Assembly: GCA_964016885.1 (NCBI GenBank)
Contig: OZ024744.1
Span: forward strand, 68,634,001-68,698,000
Origin: Eledone cirrhosa
Lineage: Eukaryota
DNA: 64,000 nucleotides
Reading direction: 5' to 3'
The stretch's first letter is position 1; each line of letters opens with the position of its first letter. A program made the translations under genes and the position numbers. The notes beneath the pieces were generated by a model, which worked only from the letters and a program-made list of their open reading frames with translations, was not told the origin of the DNA and made no database searches. Positions 62,587 through 64,000 of this stretch are shown here, piece after piece.

Positions 62587-64000
62587 TCTATTAATTTCAA
62601 GAACGTCAGTATTCCGTGTGTCATAATTCTCGATTGGTTCATAGGTTTCAAACGACTCCGCCCACCTCAACGACGCCAAACTGAAATTAATATGCATAAT
62701 GCCAACGAGGGAGTGAGAGGGGAGAGTGTGAACGCTGTGTTCAATAACTATTAACATGTGCGCGTGTGTATGTACGTGCGCGTATGTTTATGTGTGTGTG
62801 CATGCGTGCAGCGTTCCACAGAAAGTAAAAACTATCAACATGTGTGAGTGTGTGCGTGTGTAAGTTTGCGTGCGAGTGCGCGTTTCCATGCGTGTATGTG
62901 TGTGTACGTGCGGCGTTCCACAATCGCCACGCAGTTTATCTGTCTGTGTGCCTGTCTGTCAGTCTAACATACACAGAGTTGTGAAGGGAGTAAATAGGGA
63001 CCTTTCTTTACATTGACAGACATCTTTTATAATTATTATTGTGTCATTTTCATTTTTTGACAATTGCTCGAAATGAATACTGATAATAAAAGCAATTCGA
63101 CTTTATCAAACAGTGAACTACAGCTGCGACGGCGCGCAGCCAGCAATGAAGAAAAACGGGCCGAACAGCGCCATCGGAACGCCGAACTTCAGAGGCGAAG
63201 ACGTGCCGCCATGAATGAAGAGGAGCTGGCTGGACAACGCCAACGAAACACTGGAGCCAAGCAGCGACGGCCTGCTGCGATGGTTGAAGACGAACTGGCT
63301 GAGCATCATCAGCAGATGGCCAGAATTCAGCAGCAACGGCGTGCAGCGATGGATGAAGAGGAGCTGACTGAACAACGCCAGCGCAATACAGAAGTTCAGA
63401 GAATGTGTCGCCAAAGTGCTCCTCATTCCAGTAAAGAGGCTAGAAGGCGAACGAATGAGATTAAAAATGGATCATGGCAACCATGTAATTTTCAGATTGG
63501 TGGACGAGCAGAGTAACCACATTGTGGAGCATTGCTTTGGAATCACGAAAAGACGTGGACCACAATGTGCTGTCATAAAGGAGCAGCTGAACTAGAACCC
63601 TTGCGAATGCCGGATGATGAGGAGTCACCGGAGTTTAAAATACTAAGTATGTGGGGTGATCAAGGAGACCGTGGTAGATTACTGCGCAAATATTCGCGGC
63701 AAATTAACAATTCATTAGCTTTAGCATTGCAGAGAGTTAGTGAGATGTTTGAGAGTGGAGCATGGCAACCGAATGTAGTCATTCAAGGCCGTTTGTATCA
63801 TTGTATCGGTAATTTAGAAGTTACCCCAGGAGAGAGGCATCGATTCGCTCAAATTTACGTTAACGATCCAGATTATAGGGAATCGGAGGAGGATATCAGG
63901 ATCGGTTGGATGAAGTTGCCGGGAAATATAACTGAACTTGAACGGCAAAGACAGTGTAATCCTTATGTTATGGATTTCAAGTTGGTGGCTGAACTGCAAA
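62587..64000 (+). mobile_element. 5' part of an autonomous-type Helitron
   Basis: Putative A|TC start at 62587, followed by a RepHel N-terminal coding region. Confidence 0.8.
63073..64000 (+). pseudogene. Helitron RepHel N-terminus (23-aa repeats, Zn-binding region), in-frame stop at 63514
   Basis: Four 23-aa E/R/Q-rich repeats, then PHCGALLWNHE...CCHKG, RQINNSLAL, IQGRLYHCIGNL, FAQIYVNDP. Confidence 0.85.

Overview
Eukaryotic, AT-rich, microsatellite-dense DNA made almost entirely of retrotransposons and DNA transposons; I found no convincing host gene. The SINE types and repeat landscape suggest an octopod cephalopod (inference). Contents: three Tx1/L1-clade LINEs, one nearly intact (48428-54520); five R4/Dong-type restriction-endonuclease LINEs; one full-length decayed RTE LINE with a predicted HDV-like ribozyme at its 5' end; a family of RTE-derived non-autonomous elements; one full-length and several partial Penelope-like elements (PLEs); a decayed hAT transposase and a hAT MITE; non-autonomous Helitrons and the start of an autonomous Helitron; and about 13 tRNA-type SINE copies. 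The more interesting layer is non-coding: about 12 type I hammerhead ribozyme (HHR) motifs, two tandem HHR units resembling retrozymes, fold-back palindromes centred on native hairpins, a recurrent ACTC...GAGTRCT motif downstream of HHRs in unrelated PLE termini, and an apparent pairing of each retroelement family with its own microsatellite target. All RNA structures were paired by eye and are untested.
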